A stretch of 63,737 bases of DNA, the filler included, from Choristocarpus tenellus KU-1152 (taxonomy: Eukaryota > Protista > Phaeophyceae), in assembly GCA_964200185.2 (NCBI GenBank). It is 11 parts of 11 records of this genome, joined end to end, with 100 filler letters (N's around TTAATTAATTAA, not from the genome) between each part and the next. Parts side by side here need not be neighbours in the genome. Positions count along the whole stretch, not along the records: positions 24,320 to 27,651 come from CAXNAD020020748.1; positions 27,752 to 47,510 come from CAXNAD020000443.1; 9 more parts are not named here. The stretch is one strand, 5' to 3'. Below, one piece after another: positions 24,483 through 37,100 of this stretch. The number at the start of each line of letters is the position of its first letter. Position 1 is the stretch's first letter. Position numbers and translations under genes: made by a program. The notes beneath the pieces are model-generated. The model saw only the letters and a program-made list of their open reading frames with translations, did no database searches and had not been told where the DNA came from.

Positions 24483-26416
24483 ATACTGATAATCACACTG
24501 ATACCGCAGGGATGCTGCATAGAAGAATTGAGACCACTAGTAGTAATTTACGTTTGTGTAGTAGTACACACGACTACACACGACGAGACCTCACACATCA
24601 AAATACGGTCAGTATGCTGCCATTGCCCCAGTCAAGTTCTCTCACCTAGCAGGAATTCTTCAACCTGACACCAGACCCATCCACAGACCCACGATTATCG
24701 TTTCAAGTGTCTAGTCTAATCTCCGTCTATGCCCATTTGGCGCAGTGATAATTCATTCGTGCTTGACTCGGGCGGACCTGGGGACGGTTTGGTTACGGCA
24801 CTTACCATTCTCACGGTTACACTGTCCCCCTCTTCAAGTGGTCCGGTTAGTGAAAAATTCGATCTTTTTTTCGTATTTTAGGGCACTACTGAAATTTTTG
24901 TTTCCCTAATGTCCTGGTTGAGTTATCTTTTCATATTTTTTTGATATTTTGGAATATGAATACCCTTTTGTTCACTGACTGACTGTTTGGTGGACATTCT
25001 GCCAGAAGGACTTCCTCACTGGGTCAAAGTGTCTGGGGAGGGGGTGCCAGAGTCAGTTTTGCACCCTTTTTTCGATTTTCACTTTTTGGTGTGATTTGGT
25101 CACACATGTCGGATTGGAAATGTGAGCGAAGAAAAGAAGACTGTTGGTTAGATTCCCTTCTGTCCTTCCTTACGCTAGAGGAATGGGAATATATGCCACC
25201 ATTTATTCCGGCTTGGTTAGGAGTTTCGACGTTTGCATGTGTCGGATCTCCAATGTCTTCAAACAGGCTTATGCCGACGTGAATGTTGGTTGTATAGTTA
25301 GGATGAAGAATGGGGGATATACCATTGGCTGTTTCAGGGCTAGTTATTGGTTTGTTTGGTTGCATGAGTGGGATTTGGTCAGCACATAAAGAGGGCTGTC
25401 GGTTAGGTTGTGTTTTCCCAGTGTTAGCACGAGGAACTGAAAAGAAGACCATGGACTGTTTCGAAGTTATTTTTTTCGTTTATTGGCTTGCATGAGTCAT
25501 GTCTGGTATATACACAAAGACTACTGTCAGTTAGGGCCTGTTGCCCCGGTTTGTGTACGAGGAAAAAAAAAATCCATGTACTGTTTTAAATTTAGTATTT
25601 CGTTTATTTTCTTGCATGTGTCGGATTTAGTATGTATACAAATGGGGCTGTCGTTCAGGGTGTTAGGGTTAAAGTTGTTGGCATGAAGGAAGGGAAAGAT
25701 GTCAGGTTTTACTTTCGGGTTATTGAATTGTTTCTTTGATGCAATGTGTGGGCGGATTCTGGATATGTTCACAAAGGCTTATTGGTCAAGGTCTATGGTC
25801 GTACATTTCGCTGGAAGTATCTCAAGATATACAACCCTTGATTCTGGGTTAGGGTTAGTGAGTTGAGTAAATCCTCATGAGGTAGGGTTGATTTGGTGTA
25901 TGTAGGGTCGATGACGGCACTGGTATGTAATTCAGGTAAGACTCTTGTCTATTTTAGGTTGGCACGGGATACAGATGGGCTCAGCGTAAGTGTTAGGGTA
26001 AGGATATGGTTAGTGTCGGTGTGTGGGGGTGGCGATCCAGGACATTCGTCGAGCTCATGGCACGTGTCTGGGGTAGGCTCAGGGTTGGTGTTGTGGTTAC
26101 GAGCATCGGGTGTGGACTTCGGTATATGATCGTCCAAGAATTTGAGGAGGACGAGATCGACCCTCATTTGTCGACACTTGGAAAAAGCATGAGATGGTGC
26201 ATAGAGTATTGAGAAGCGGTGGGGAGGTAGGTGGTAGGGTTCACGGAATAATTAGAGGCTGGTAAGAAGACAACAAATCCATCGCAGGCCTTGGCGAATT
26301 GATAGGAAACGTAGTGGAAAAGATGGAAAAGGGTTGTTTAAACAATGTTTTATATTTTAGTAGTCTGAACCTTGAATTGAATGTTAACACTATTCTAAAC
26401 CAATAAGAACATAGGT

Positions 26417-27615
26417 CTAATCCTCAAGATAAGTATCACGTATGATACGCTGACACCTCTGACTGGTAGCAATGTATCCGACACCACTGTGTAAATGCAT
26501 AACCCATCGAATGGAAACTGCATGAACATGGTAGTCGGACACCAAGGCAAGGTACACTGATTCACGAATCAGACTCACGTAACTCGATCCGTGCTTCAAC
26601 AAAAAAGCTCAAACGACTGAAGCCCTATTTCAATTGGTGGACGGATTCGAAATGGCATTCCTCACCCTTCTCCAACCACTCTACAAGCTTCGGGTATTCC
26701 TCGGTTAGAAGATGCCAGAGATTTAGACACGTGGAGTACCTGTCGTTCCACGGTTCGGGCTTCACGAGGCTCATGAAGATGGTCTTCCTTTTATGGAGAG
26801 TTTGCACATGCTCCGGACCCAATGTGCTGCCAAGCTTCCCTTCACAACCGTGGAGTTTTAGCTGTGTGGGCTCATGGACGTAATAGTCATCCCCGAATAA
26901 AAGATTTTTGGCCGCTCTGCCGGGCTTTAGGAGCCTGAACCCATGGTCATATATGACCTGGGTAAGGATTTGGGTCTGTGCCCGGTACTGCGACAAAGCA
27001 GGTTTTGTTGCTGATCTTAGGAGCTTGGTAACGCATGCCTCATGAAGGCTTTGGTGATCCCCATGACGGATACATCGCTGGAGTCGACTGCGTCCTCTGT
27101 CACGACATCGTCATCACCATGCGCGGACGTTTCGTCGTCATCCTCATGTCCCGTAGTAGATGGTGCGGCATTTTCCACGTCTCCACCCTTTCTGGCAGAA
27201 GCTAAGACGTCTGCAAAAAAGATAAGTTCTAAACCTCTAATGTCATTTCCACGAGGATGATTGAAGGGTCTCATCCGTCCAGCACCTTCTCCCAACCTCT
27301 TCTTCGTAATGACCGTCATATTGGCCTTCCCTTTACCCTTTGCCGAAGGCTTGCCCTATGTGAGGAACCTGATGGTGTCAAATCAACCCTTGGTGTTGTT
27401 GACTCGGCATTAGTGTAGTTCGCAATTCGCCCCACAGTATTGTTCTTCCTTTTTCCTCTACCTGTTGGGTCATGATCGATGGACTCGTCAACGCTGCTGC
27501 CCACCGCATGGACGTTTGGGGACATTCCAGGGTCACTCCTGACAGGCATGGACTCTGAGTCCGTGCCTAGCCGCCCCCCCACGTCCTCCTGGACATCTTC
27601 CTCTAGACATGACAA
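26417..27615 (-). pseudogene. Degraded ORF of unknown family, probably transposon-borne
   Basis: Chain of co-oriented, protein-like ORF pieces (27615-27316, 27319-27017, 26996-26625, 26602-26417) separated by stops or frameshifts rather than introns. It lies downstream of a CAAAG-type terminus at 25021 and subterminal repeats. Confidence 0.4.
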
Positions 27616-27897
27616 AGCGTTACAGTCGGGCCGGTCCCCATCGCCTTTAGGNNNNNNNNNNNNNNNNNNNNNNNNNNNNNNNNNNNNNNNNNNNNTTAAT
27701 TAATTAANNNNNNNNNNNNNNNNNNNNNNNNNNNNNNNNNNNNNNNNNNNNGTGAAAAACGGACGCCGACACCCCCCCCCAGATACTTTGACCCCTCAAT
27801 AGTTACATGTCATGGAATGAATCCAAGGCAATAATCTCACATATACAAAATAGGGTGCACCTTGCACAATTGTCCAATTTTGGCACACTCCCCCATG

Positions 27898-28082
27898 AGA
27901 GTGGAAGTAAAAGAACACAGATTGCTTTAACTCTCACACACATAACATTTATCTTGTCAACACAGTAAAAGAACACTGATTGTTTCAACTCTCCCACACA
28001 TGACATTCACCTTGTCAACACAGTAGAAAAACTCTGATTGCTTCAACTCGAACACACTACATTCATTGTTCAACACAGTGTC
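27898..28082. repeat. Three imperfect ~60-bp tandem repeats at the 3' end of the copia relic
   Basis: Repeated TCAACACAGT and AGAACAC(A/T)GATTG...AACTCTC(A/C)CACACAT segments. Confidence 0.7.
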
Positions 28083-28634
28083 TACGAGGTCTTCTACCTG
28101 GTTCTTCAGATGTACCAAAACAGTGATGTACGACCATGTCCCATGACGATCCCTCGCTTGGCGTATGGGTGAAACTTTAACAAGCTCCTCTCTGCTGCTT
28201 CTCTTGGTGGACGTAGCACTAACTCCCCCAGGTCCAAAACCTGTCATAATCGAAGGTTGTGCCCATCAGACACTCATACGGCGTTTCATTCTTCCATTGA
28301 ATAGGAGTAGATTTCCTGTGACGCTTTGTCTCGATACAGGATCGTTGGCCCAGTCCGAGTCTCTATACCCTGTGAGGCCTTTGTTGTCTCTCTCTCCTTC
28401 CATGGGATAGTGTGTCCTCTCATCGGTGGAGCCTGTACATAATGCAATACATGTTGTAGTCCCTTCCAATGTCGCCTGCGTGGTGATGAAGAAGTGTGAT
28501 CTAGTTCTCTCACAGAGCTGTCGATGTCACCAGCACTGTCCTGATTTTATTAAACACTGGGCTGAACGTGTTGAAGTATTCCACACCCTCTCGTTGAGTG
28601 ATGCCCTGTGCCACCAACCTGGGCTTGAACTGTT

Positions 28635-28892
28635 GAGCCAAAGTATCTTAGATGGTAGAGTCGCGCCCATTTGGGGGCCAAAATCTAATGTTGCGATTTT
28701 GATGTAATTTTGGCTATCGTGTTTGTTAGTAAGTGTCAATATCTTTGTTGCGGACACACCTTTTCATAACGTATACATTTTACCTACTCCGAAATATGCT
28801 GGAGTAGGAAAATGTCAAAAAAATAACGAGGGAAGCCAAGCCCCAAATGGACAAACAGGGCAAAACTCGTACCCTCTAAGGTACTTTTGTTC
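28635..28892. mobile_element. MITE subfamily B (258 bp), complete, nested in the copia RT
   Basis: TIRs GAGCCAAAGTATCTTAGATGGTA...TACCCTCTAAGGTACTTTTGTTC with a 4-bp TSD TGTT (28631-28634 / 28893-28896). Removing it rejoins RT motifs. Confidence 0.88.
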
Positions 28893-31660
28893 TGTTGAGT
28901 GGTCCCCTCGGGTGTTGGTTTATCTTAAATTCGGACTTTGTCTTGACAAGATTTCTTCCCCGTGACAAAACTTCTCCCTCTATGAATGTTCCCTTCATCC
29001 GATGTTGCTCCATCTTCTCCATCAACACGTGCCATTCTCGCGCGTCAGCCCCCGCCAGTGCCTCTGATATTAAAGATGGTTGTGGATGGTCTGGAGTAGA
29101 TAGTACACACTCCCCAGACTTACCAGTCTTGTGCAGGCAATCCCTTGCCGACAACCTTCCTCGCCAGGGTGCCTCTGATATAGAAGATGGTCCTGGATGG
29201 TCTGGAGTAGTCAGTACATACTCCCCCCAGACTTATCAGTCTTGCGCAGGCAGCCCTTTTGCTGACAACATGCCTCGTCAGGGTGTCTCTGATATAGAAG
29301 ATGTTCTTGATGGTCTGGAGCAGGTGGTACTTACTCCTCAGACTTACAAGACTTGTGCAGATAGCCCTTTGCCGATAACCTTCCCTGTGAGAGTCATCAA
29401 GGTCTGACATTGCGGCAACCACCTTGGAAAGAGCAACGCTTTACCCTATCAGTGTTGACTGCTTGGCTCATTCTCCCTCAGGAGTTGGAGGCCTAACTCT
29501 AGCCCTCTTACAGGCGAATGGGGGGTTGTGGAGGTGTGCCATCGCAGCAAGCATCTCAGATGTAGCTGCTCCCTTCCCCTCTGGTGGAGGCTTGGTTACT
29601 GCTCCTGCTGATATCCTGCTCCCCTTATGGCAGATACAGCTATTGTTTTGTTGTTTTTCACTCCGTAAGGAAGAATCTTGGGGTCTCCAATCCATGGGCA
29701 AACCCCCTCAGGGACAAGTGTTGTGATGACTGCTCCAGGTCCATAGGCAAAATATTGTAACTCAGGCTCAGACTCAGGCTCAGGGTTGCAGCTCTGGCTG
29801 CATTGCCTCGTTTGTTTCCGTCATATTGTCAGAGGGTCCCAGTACACAATATTAGGCACGGCATACCAGGCACCCAAAGTACATCCTGAAGTATCACCCT
29901 TGGCCTCCAGTTCTTGCTCGTTATCAATCGTACCATATCTCATGTCTCTTTAGCCCCCAGCTTCTCATTTTGGTCGAAGGTGCAAGTCCACTTTGTTGGT
30001 ATGACGATGATGAGACTATTACACGTTTCAGCTTCCTGTAGCTTATATCGGGTCTTGTTATGAGCTGCACGGGAATCTTGTCCTCCGTGCATCCTTCGAC
30101 TCTTCTTTTCGCAGTTGTAGTGTGATGTTCGTTCCTGTTCCGTTGGTGTCTCCCTGAGTTCAGGAACGACGTATTTCCGCCACAGAATGTCTTACAGACC
30201 CTTTCCACCAGGTAATCCACCACAGATATTCTCCATGTTGTCCAGGTCTCCACTGGCCGTACTGGTGCTTAAGTTAGGATGGAAAGTTTCTTCAGATCGG
30301 TCTCCATACTACTGAGGCTCATAATATGTTCCTTGTCTCCACACTACTAAGGCTCATAGCCCGTGCAATTGACTTTGGAATGTCTTCGTGGAGATCGTCC
30401 AATTCTCGAAGGGGGTTGTCCTCAACAACGGCGACAAAGATGAAGGCAACCAAGTGTAAATATCGTTTGATCACGACATATGATAGAGGGAGACGTGATA
30501 GAGCAGCGATGAATTATTTGTTTCTTTGAGAATGAAGAAAAAAACTTGTAGTTCATTTTGGTTATAGACTTAAGTGTGATGGTGTATTGATATGCAGTTT
30601 AAGAAACCATATGAAACGGGAAAGGAATTTCAGAGGATGCCGAAGATAGTCTGCGCCATGCCTGATAATGGTATGATGGTGGAGGGGAAGAATTCGAATT
30701 GCGTATACACCCTTCGAAAATATATGTAACGCATAAACAAACAAAATAAAAAAAAATGCAATTATAATTCCAGTACATACCTTCATCAGTCCATTTATGT
30801 AGTCATCACTCTAGCAACAAACACACCAGAAACATAAGGTCCCTACATATAGAACCGTTCGTAACGATCAATTGTCCTGACATCCATTGCTCCCATTGCT
30901 CTAGACTCAAGGCGTTCGACCTGCATCGTTGTTGTGCCAGACAGAACGGTTACCGCAGTGCATGGCACAGAGGATGCTGTATTTAAGATGAACACGCACA
31001 CCAGTACCGTCTTGAATCTCTTGATCCAGCAGAGGGGGGCTGTACTCACCTGTCCTTTTCTGGGGGGGAACCACGACCCCAACTGTGTGGAATGCATAAG
31101 CAAGGAACCCTCTAAATTTTTGTCTGAGTGGGAGGAAGCACTAAAGTGTATTGGGGAAGGCGACAGGGGAGGAAACAGCATCTGGACGCCGATAAGCCAC
31201 TCCTGGTCACCACGACTACAGACTACGATAGCAACAGCTTCGTCGTCCGAAGTGAGTCAGCTACGGAGTTTAGCGGTTGTGATGACGATTCCATGCAGGA
31301 AATGCCTGAAACCCTGCCAGGGTCCAGGCTTCTGACAACCCATAGCGCCGACCCAAGTGCGGATGAGGACAGCGATGACAGGTCTGGTGAAGGTGAAGAG
31401 GGTGGTGAGGAGGAGGTCGATCAATATTGTCGTTCTGGGGGCGCTGGGAGGGACCGTGAGGGACGAAACGGGGATGGGGGTTCCGAATCTCTACAGAGCC
31501 CAGGTTCAGAAAAAGACCTTCCCAATCGCAAGGGAAAGGGTACACCTGTAACCCTCCCAGTAACCTTACTGCAGAATATTTACTCTTCTATAGAGAGCAG
31601 CAGAGATACACACAATAAAAAGCTGCCACCATAAGGGGAAGTGCTGCAGGACTTCCAGAT

Positions 31661-31833
31661 AGCTCAAAGTATCTGGGGGGGGGTGGAGGCCGTCCATTTG
31701 GGGCCAGTTTTTTCATGTCTTGATTTTTGGGTGATTTGGTTCCATACGTTGGATGGATAATGCAAGTGCACTTTTCCCAGTTTTGGTCAAAATGGACCCT
31801 CTGGTGTGAACCCCCCCCCAGATAATTCGGGTC
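31661..31833. mobile_element. MITE subfamily A copy
   Basis: AGCTCAAAGTATCTGGGGG...CCCCCAGATAATTCGGGTC with the conserved interior; no clean TSD. Confidence 0.8.
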
Positions 31834-32660
31834 TTTTTCGGTTTTTGTTAGAACTTAGGGTTAGGGTCGTGTATTTGTCACACACTTATGAATTCTTGCT
31901 CCTTCGACACAATCTCCGTTGACCAAGTTTGTACGGTCTGGACTTAGTTTTGTAGACTCTGTTCGTAGGACTGTCGGTCAGCGCCTAATACAACCATAAT
32001 TGACAGAAATGGTGTCCCTGCTACGAACTAGTCGGATTGATCAAGTTGATAATATCTCAAAAACACCAGATATGGTTCGATATTTGGATTCATATTTGTA
32101 TTTAGGTATGTACCAGGGAGATTACAGCACGGAGCAACTAACAAATACTACGATAATATACCAGGGGATAACATCTTGTCACCTCCATAACCATTCATCC
32201 TCTGATGCAAAGCGAAATCAATAACCTTGAACACTATGCAGTGTATCACACAAGGTTTCATCCTCATCAACACCATATTGGGGTACACCACCAGAATTCT
32301 TGTCATATACTCACTTCATTGTTATGAGGTGCTTTGGTGATCACAGGGTAACACCGTTTGGGAAGCTTAACTTTACAAACCTATCCCTATTTACCCTCCG
32401 TGAATTACAAACACATTCGAGACTTAGCCTAACCTTTCGACCAAAGGAGGGTACACTTCCAATTTGTTTTGAAGTTGCGAAGACTGTTCCGCTTTTTCAT
32501 GTTAATGTTCCACAAAATTATTCAGATTTTAAGTAAGCTTATCCCCATCCCTTCCCAGCTCTGGAATATATCTCGTTTACGCCAAACCGTCACAGTATAC
32601 GATGCTCTCAAGTTAGGTACATCTAAAAATAAGCGTACGTTTGCGAACAGGTCATTTCCG

Positions 32661-33040
32661 TAATGGACTTCAACATAGTTTAATCTATCAAAGCATTGAT
32701 TTCATTCCTCAAAACCAAAAAAATAATGACACTAAATGATGACTGCATATTTTCCCACACTTCTTAAGTCCAAAGACACAAACGAACATACAACCAGGTC
32801 TACAAAATGCATTGTCCATACACCTCATGCAACCAAATCGACCGAAATTCGCTACACGGGGTTAACTGGTTGCATGCGTGGGGTTCATAATGTATTTTGT
32901 GGTCCCTTATGTATATACTTTGGTATATTTGTGATGAAGAAATAAGGAAAAATATGCTGTCATACCTTTGTGTGATTTATTATTTAGACCTTTATGAAGT
33001 AAATGGTTTGATTGATTTAAGTATGGTGAAGTACCCATGT
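32661..33040. repeat. Long imperfect palindrome / fold-back element
   Basis: Nested inverted matches, e.g. ATGACTGCATATTTTCC vs GGAAAATATGCTGTCAT and CATGCAACCA vs TGGTTGCATG, centred near 32850. Confidence 0.7.
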
Positions 33041-34448
33041 GCTTTGCTCATCAAGTATACAAATATATATTGTCATTTCGATTTGTGTAACTGGTGGTAT
33101 ATAATTCATGAAGTGAATAAATGGCTACATTTATTGTGTAGTATGATCATTTGGGTTAATTGATTGAAGTATGATGAAATGTGAAATTTATTAGTTGTAC
33201 TTGATTGAATCGAATAAATGATTTCATTGATTAATAAATGGTGAGGTATGGTACGAAAAACTTCTTTTCGTAGATGTACATCGATTTTTGGTATACAAGG
33301 GGCTTGGAGTAAGTGAGAGGTATCCTCGACCTGCAAAGGGATGGGGATAGGCTTGTTTTAAACATTCCATTTTGGGGGTGAACATCCACATGAATTTTAA
33401 ATTCAGGTATCTGGGTTAGGGTGACAGCTGTTCATTGGGTTAGGGGTGGGCCAGTACCTTCCATCCTGTAAATGCTGGAGCACCATGGCTGGTTCATGTT
33501 CACGGTCGATGCTGCCCTTGTCTTTTTCTCTTGCACAGACCCCACCAGTTAACCTAAGTACACCCCTCTTACACAAACCACTCAGCCCCCTCTTGTGCGT
33601 TTCCCTCCTATGTTCTACTTTTTCTCCTTTTTGGTCCATAGTGTCCTAGTGTGTGGGTCGGGTGTCCATTCGGGGCCTTTGGGATTTTGCACTGATTCTC
33701 GTTTCTATTGAGTAAACGTGTCAGATGTATGGGCAATTTCTGTCGTCTGGATGCACCTTTATTCCAATCTTTTTCCCTGGATCAAATCGGAAGGAAATCA
33801 CCACAAAACGGATATCAAACTAGGGTGTCTACCCACACCCCATCAACCCTCGAATGGATAACCTGGGCAAAGACCCCCAACCCTCTACGATACTCTGAGC
33901 CTTTCCCCCAACATAGTCCTCATGTGCTTGCCCATGCACACGATCCCCGCTGTTTTTTCGTTCCTTTCCTCCTAGGTCTGCCTGACCACAGAAAGCGTAC
34001 TATCTGGCGGAGCCTCCCCTCCTCTTTCGCACATGACACATTCCCTTCCTGTTACCCACTCACATCATTGCCTCCTTCAGTATACCGTCCTGGCCAAATA
34101 AAGTCGGCAGTGGCCCATTATGATTGTTGCAAGTGAGACACAGAAGTACTAAAGAACATTATCGCTCGACAACATTGTTTCGCAATATGTTCATCCGAGT
34201 ACGCATCATTCTCACGAGAGGTGTAATTCTGTTTGCAAAATATTATAAATTGATTCTGCAACGTGAGGTGCTCGACCAAGAACACAAGAGAACGTTGTTG
34301 CGAGGGAAGAAATAGCATCTCTGACATGCACTAGTCTGAAAAGAAGCACAGGACAGACTCCCACCTCGGTCTCTTGGATCCTGTAGCTGTTCGTGTTAAG
34401 AGATGTCCTCCAGACATATTAGGGCGTCTTATATAATGCAATACAGTA

Positions 34449-34588
34449 TATAGCAGCCGATTTCAAAAATTTATTTAAATATATATAATACAAAAAAAAA
34501 CATATCGAGACTTTATCCCAGTCAATTTTGGTTCAAGCCCATCCTCAATGAAAAGCTCCATCCTCAATTTTTGAAATCGGCTGTTATA
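34449..34588. mobile_element. Small TIR MITE (~140 bp), mariner-like ends
   Basis: TATAGCAGCCGATTTCAAAAATT and AATTTTTGAAATCGGCTGTTATA form a 23-bp inverted repeat (1 mismatch) with TA ends. A partial copy sits at 4303-4369. Confidence 0.75.
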
Positions 34589-37100
34589 TGCAGCAGAAAA
34601 ATGAATTTTATATGATATATATCCAGAACAAAAAGTTTCTAGATCTCCCAAGAAAATCTTTATGTTTTAGAAATTAAAGCTGTGAGGATCTAGAGATTGG
34701 GAATCGTTCTAGAAATCTATAGTACAGCTGTTCTAGATTTCTACAGACAGGCGGACAAGAGGGAGCCCTACATGTGCTCACTCCTGTCAACATTATGCTT
34801 TAAATTCATGTGGGAACATACTTCTGAAGGAAACGATCAGTTGTTGGATACCTGTTGGATAACTGGATAGTTGATAGTAATCTTTCAGTTGAGTGACCAA
34901 GAGAACAATATCCAGGTTATTGCAGTATTATGAGAATAACCCTAGAAAAGGAATATTGTAGAAAGTAGCATTCATTGAGTGATAAGTTATTAGTGAACGA
35001 GTGAAAGGTCTACCACCTCCCCCACCTGGATTATGTTTCTCACTCCAACGTTTTACTTACTGAAACATAACTGCGAAGGAAATAATCTACAATATTTCAA
35101 TATCAAGACTTGGAATCCTACACATTCTTTAATAACTCCCTATCTCAACCTGGCTTTGAGTTCTACTTGGACGTTAAGCTGTCCTTGACGATCTGCTGTC
35201 CCACACAACCAGTTAGATGAATGTTTATTAGCTTGTACCATAGTTGAGAAGAGAGTGAGACACCATCACTTGATGGGGCTCACCAAGCCTTACAATAAAT
35301 GACCCAACAGTTCTCTAGCACACGTCAGAAACACTCCGACTCTATCATTCCGCCAATTGCTTCTGGTCAAATACCCCACCGAAATATCCTTAATATCCCC
35401 CGCATCGTCTGTGCGTACATAAAATATCACTTCAAATCTTATTCTCACAAATGGTCAAGGATAATCTTGACATTGGAGTGAAAGTTACAAGCGTGGTTTG
35501 GGTGCAAAGACTAAACGAAAACATACCTAGTAAAACTAAACAGCTTGAGCATCTGGCGTACACCTAAGACTTAGCAGTCAAAGGAGGAAGTTGTGGCAAG
35601 GAACAATAGCCTATTTGGACGCATTTTAATGTGGATGTTGCTATAGTTAGTCATACTTTTGTTGGTTTGCAAAGAGTTAGGATGTCAGGAGAAGGTAGAA
35701 ATGTATGTTCTTGATGGTGCAAAGATGATTGTGTGATCGTATCTGTTGGACCCTGGGATCGAATGAATCTTATGGTGACAGGTTGGTTGTGGTCAAGGGG
35801 TGTCACAATGCAATGAAGTATTTGTGAATTCATGCTGATGAATCTAGTGACGTACTTTGCAAGGTCAAGAGGTTATCGTACAGCGATGTAGGGGCATTCC
35901 TTGGTATATTTGAAGGAAGAGATTCATAGCCTGTGTCAAGTCTTGTCACCTTGTCAAGGGTTCAGTGAATGTTTTAATTCTCCACGACTTCTTTCTTCAG
36001 AGACCCTTGTCAACTACCTGAAATCCTATCCATCTTTGTGTAAGTTCTCTGTGAGCACTCACCTGATTTTTTAATCTCTTTTTCATTAATCTCCTTATAT
36101 CCACTTCTTTAAATCTGTTCGAGATGATTGTTGATTATTGGTCTGGGAAGAATGATGACATCATTTTTGGTGCCCAATTTTTGATTTCTTCAGATCTAAA
36201 TCTTTGATCTTCAAATTTGAATCACAATAATGAGAATGCCCAGGTCCTCCTACAGTCAAGATCAAAACCAAGTTGAGGTATCATGAACAGTATCATTGAT
36301 ATATTATGTCACAGAGATGATCTTGTCTATATTATTTCCATACATTAACAAAAAATGTTGGTCTCCATTGCTGCCCCTACCTCTGACTGAACAAGTGAGT
36401 GAGTAGGTTTCGTCAGCGAAATGCTGGTTCCCAACAATTGAACCCTGAGCCTTTAAGAAAGACGAAAGTGGTGCTCTCATCTGTTACAGTGTTACACAAA
36501 CACAACGAATGATGAATGCAACAAGTAGTGGGGGGACTATATACACTATTCTTGTGTATTTGCTCACAATAACCTAGCCTTCTTGGACCAGTTCTTAAAT
36601 AGTAATATGAAGGGAAAAAGTAGAGGGGATATTAAAACATCACCTTGCTTCAAATATATCTATTTCGCAGTAAGGATCTAGGGTTTACTATACACCACAC
36701 AAAAGAGCCTCTGTACATTGAGCCATATACGTAAAGCTAAAAACACAACATTTGGGGGTTCTACCCATTTCTGTCCAACATAAACACCACGTATTGTCCA
36801 AGTAAAAAAAATGGACAAAGTCACTTGTTTTGTGCTGCCTCTTACCAAGTGAATCATACCAACACAACATCCGATCAGTGAGCAGAGCTCTGCTTGTGCA
36901 CACAATGAAAGCTACATCTTGCAAGGATGATCAACCAACATATAGTATAGACATCAGTGTAAACAAATGGCTGTCAAAATACGTAGATGACCACAAAATT
37001 GAAGGTTCTGAAACCAGGAGTAGCAAATTAAGATCCTCTGAAGGTCCTGAGGAAAACCGACATACTGTTACCCCATTGCAACTGCCACATGCACAAGTAT

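Larger units (their letters stand above)
27885..30361 (-). mobile_element. Decayed Ty1/copia LTR retrotransposon (RT/RNase H fragments, PBS, PPT)
   Basis: Minus-strand copia motifs in order: EALAGADAREWHVLM...GRNLVKTKSEFKI, FKPRLVAQGITQREGVEYFNTFSP, HWKGLQHVLHYV, LTGYRDSDWANDPVSRQSVTG. PBS-like GGCTATGAGCCT at 30361-30350 and a PPT-like GGGGGAGTG near 27894-27886. Large internal deletion, frameshifts, and three 111-114-bp repeats at 29060-29390. Confidence 0.85.

Noticed and set aside
27898-29390. CRISPR-like arrays (60-bp and 111-114-bp repeats)
   Set aside because: Degenerate tandem units without unique spacers, inside a eukaryotic retrotransposon relic; no cas genes.
30860-31634. Protein-like ORFs 30934-31335 and 31128-31634
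   Set aside because: No recognisable motif, an upstream in-frame stop, a frameshift between the pieces and no consistent splice sites; possibly a decayed element.
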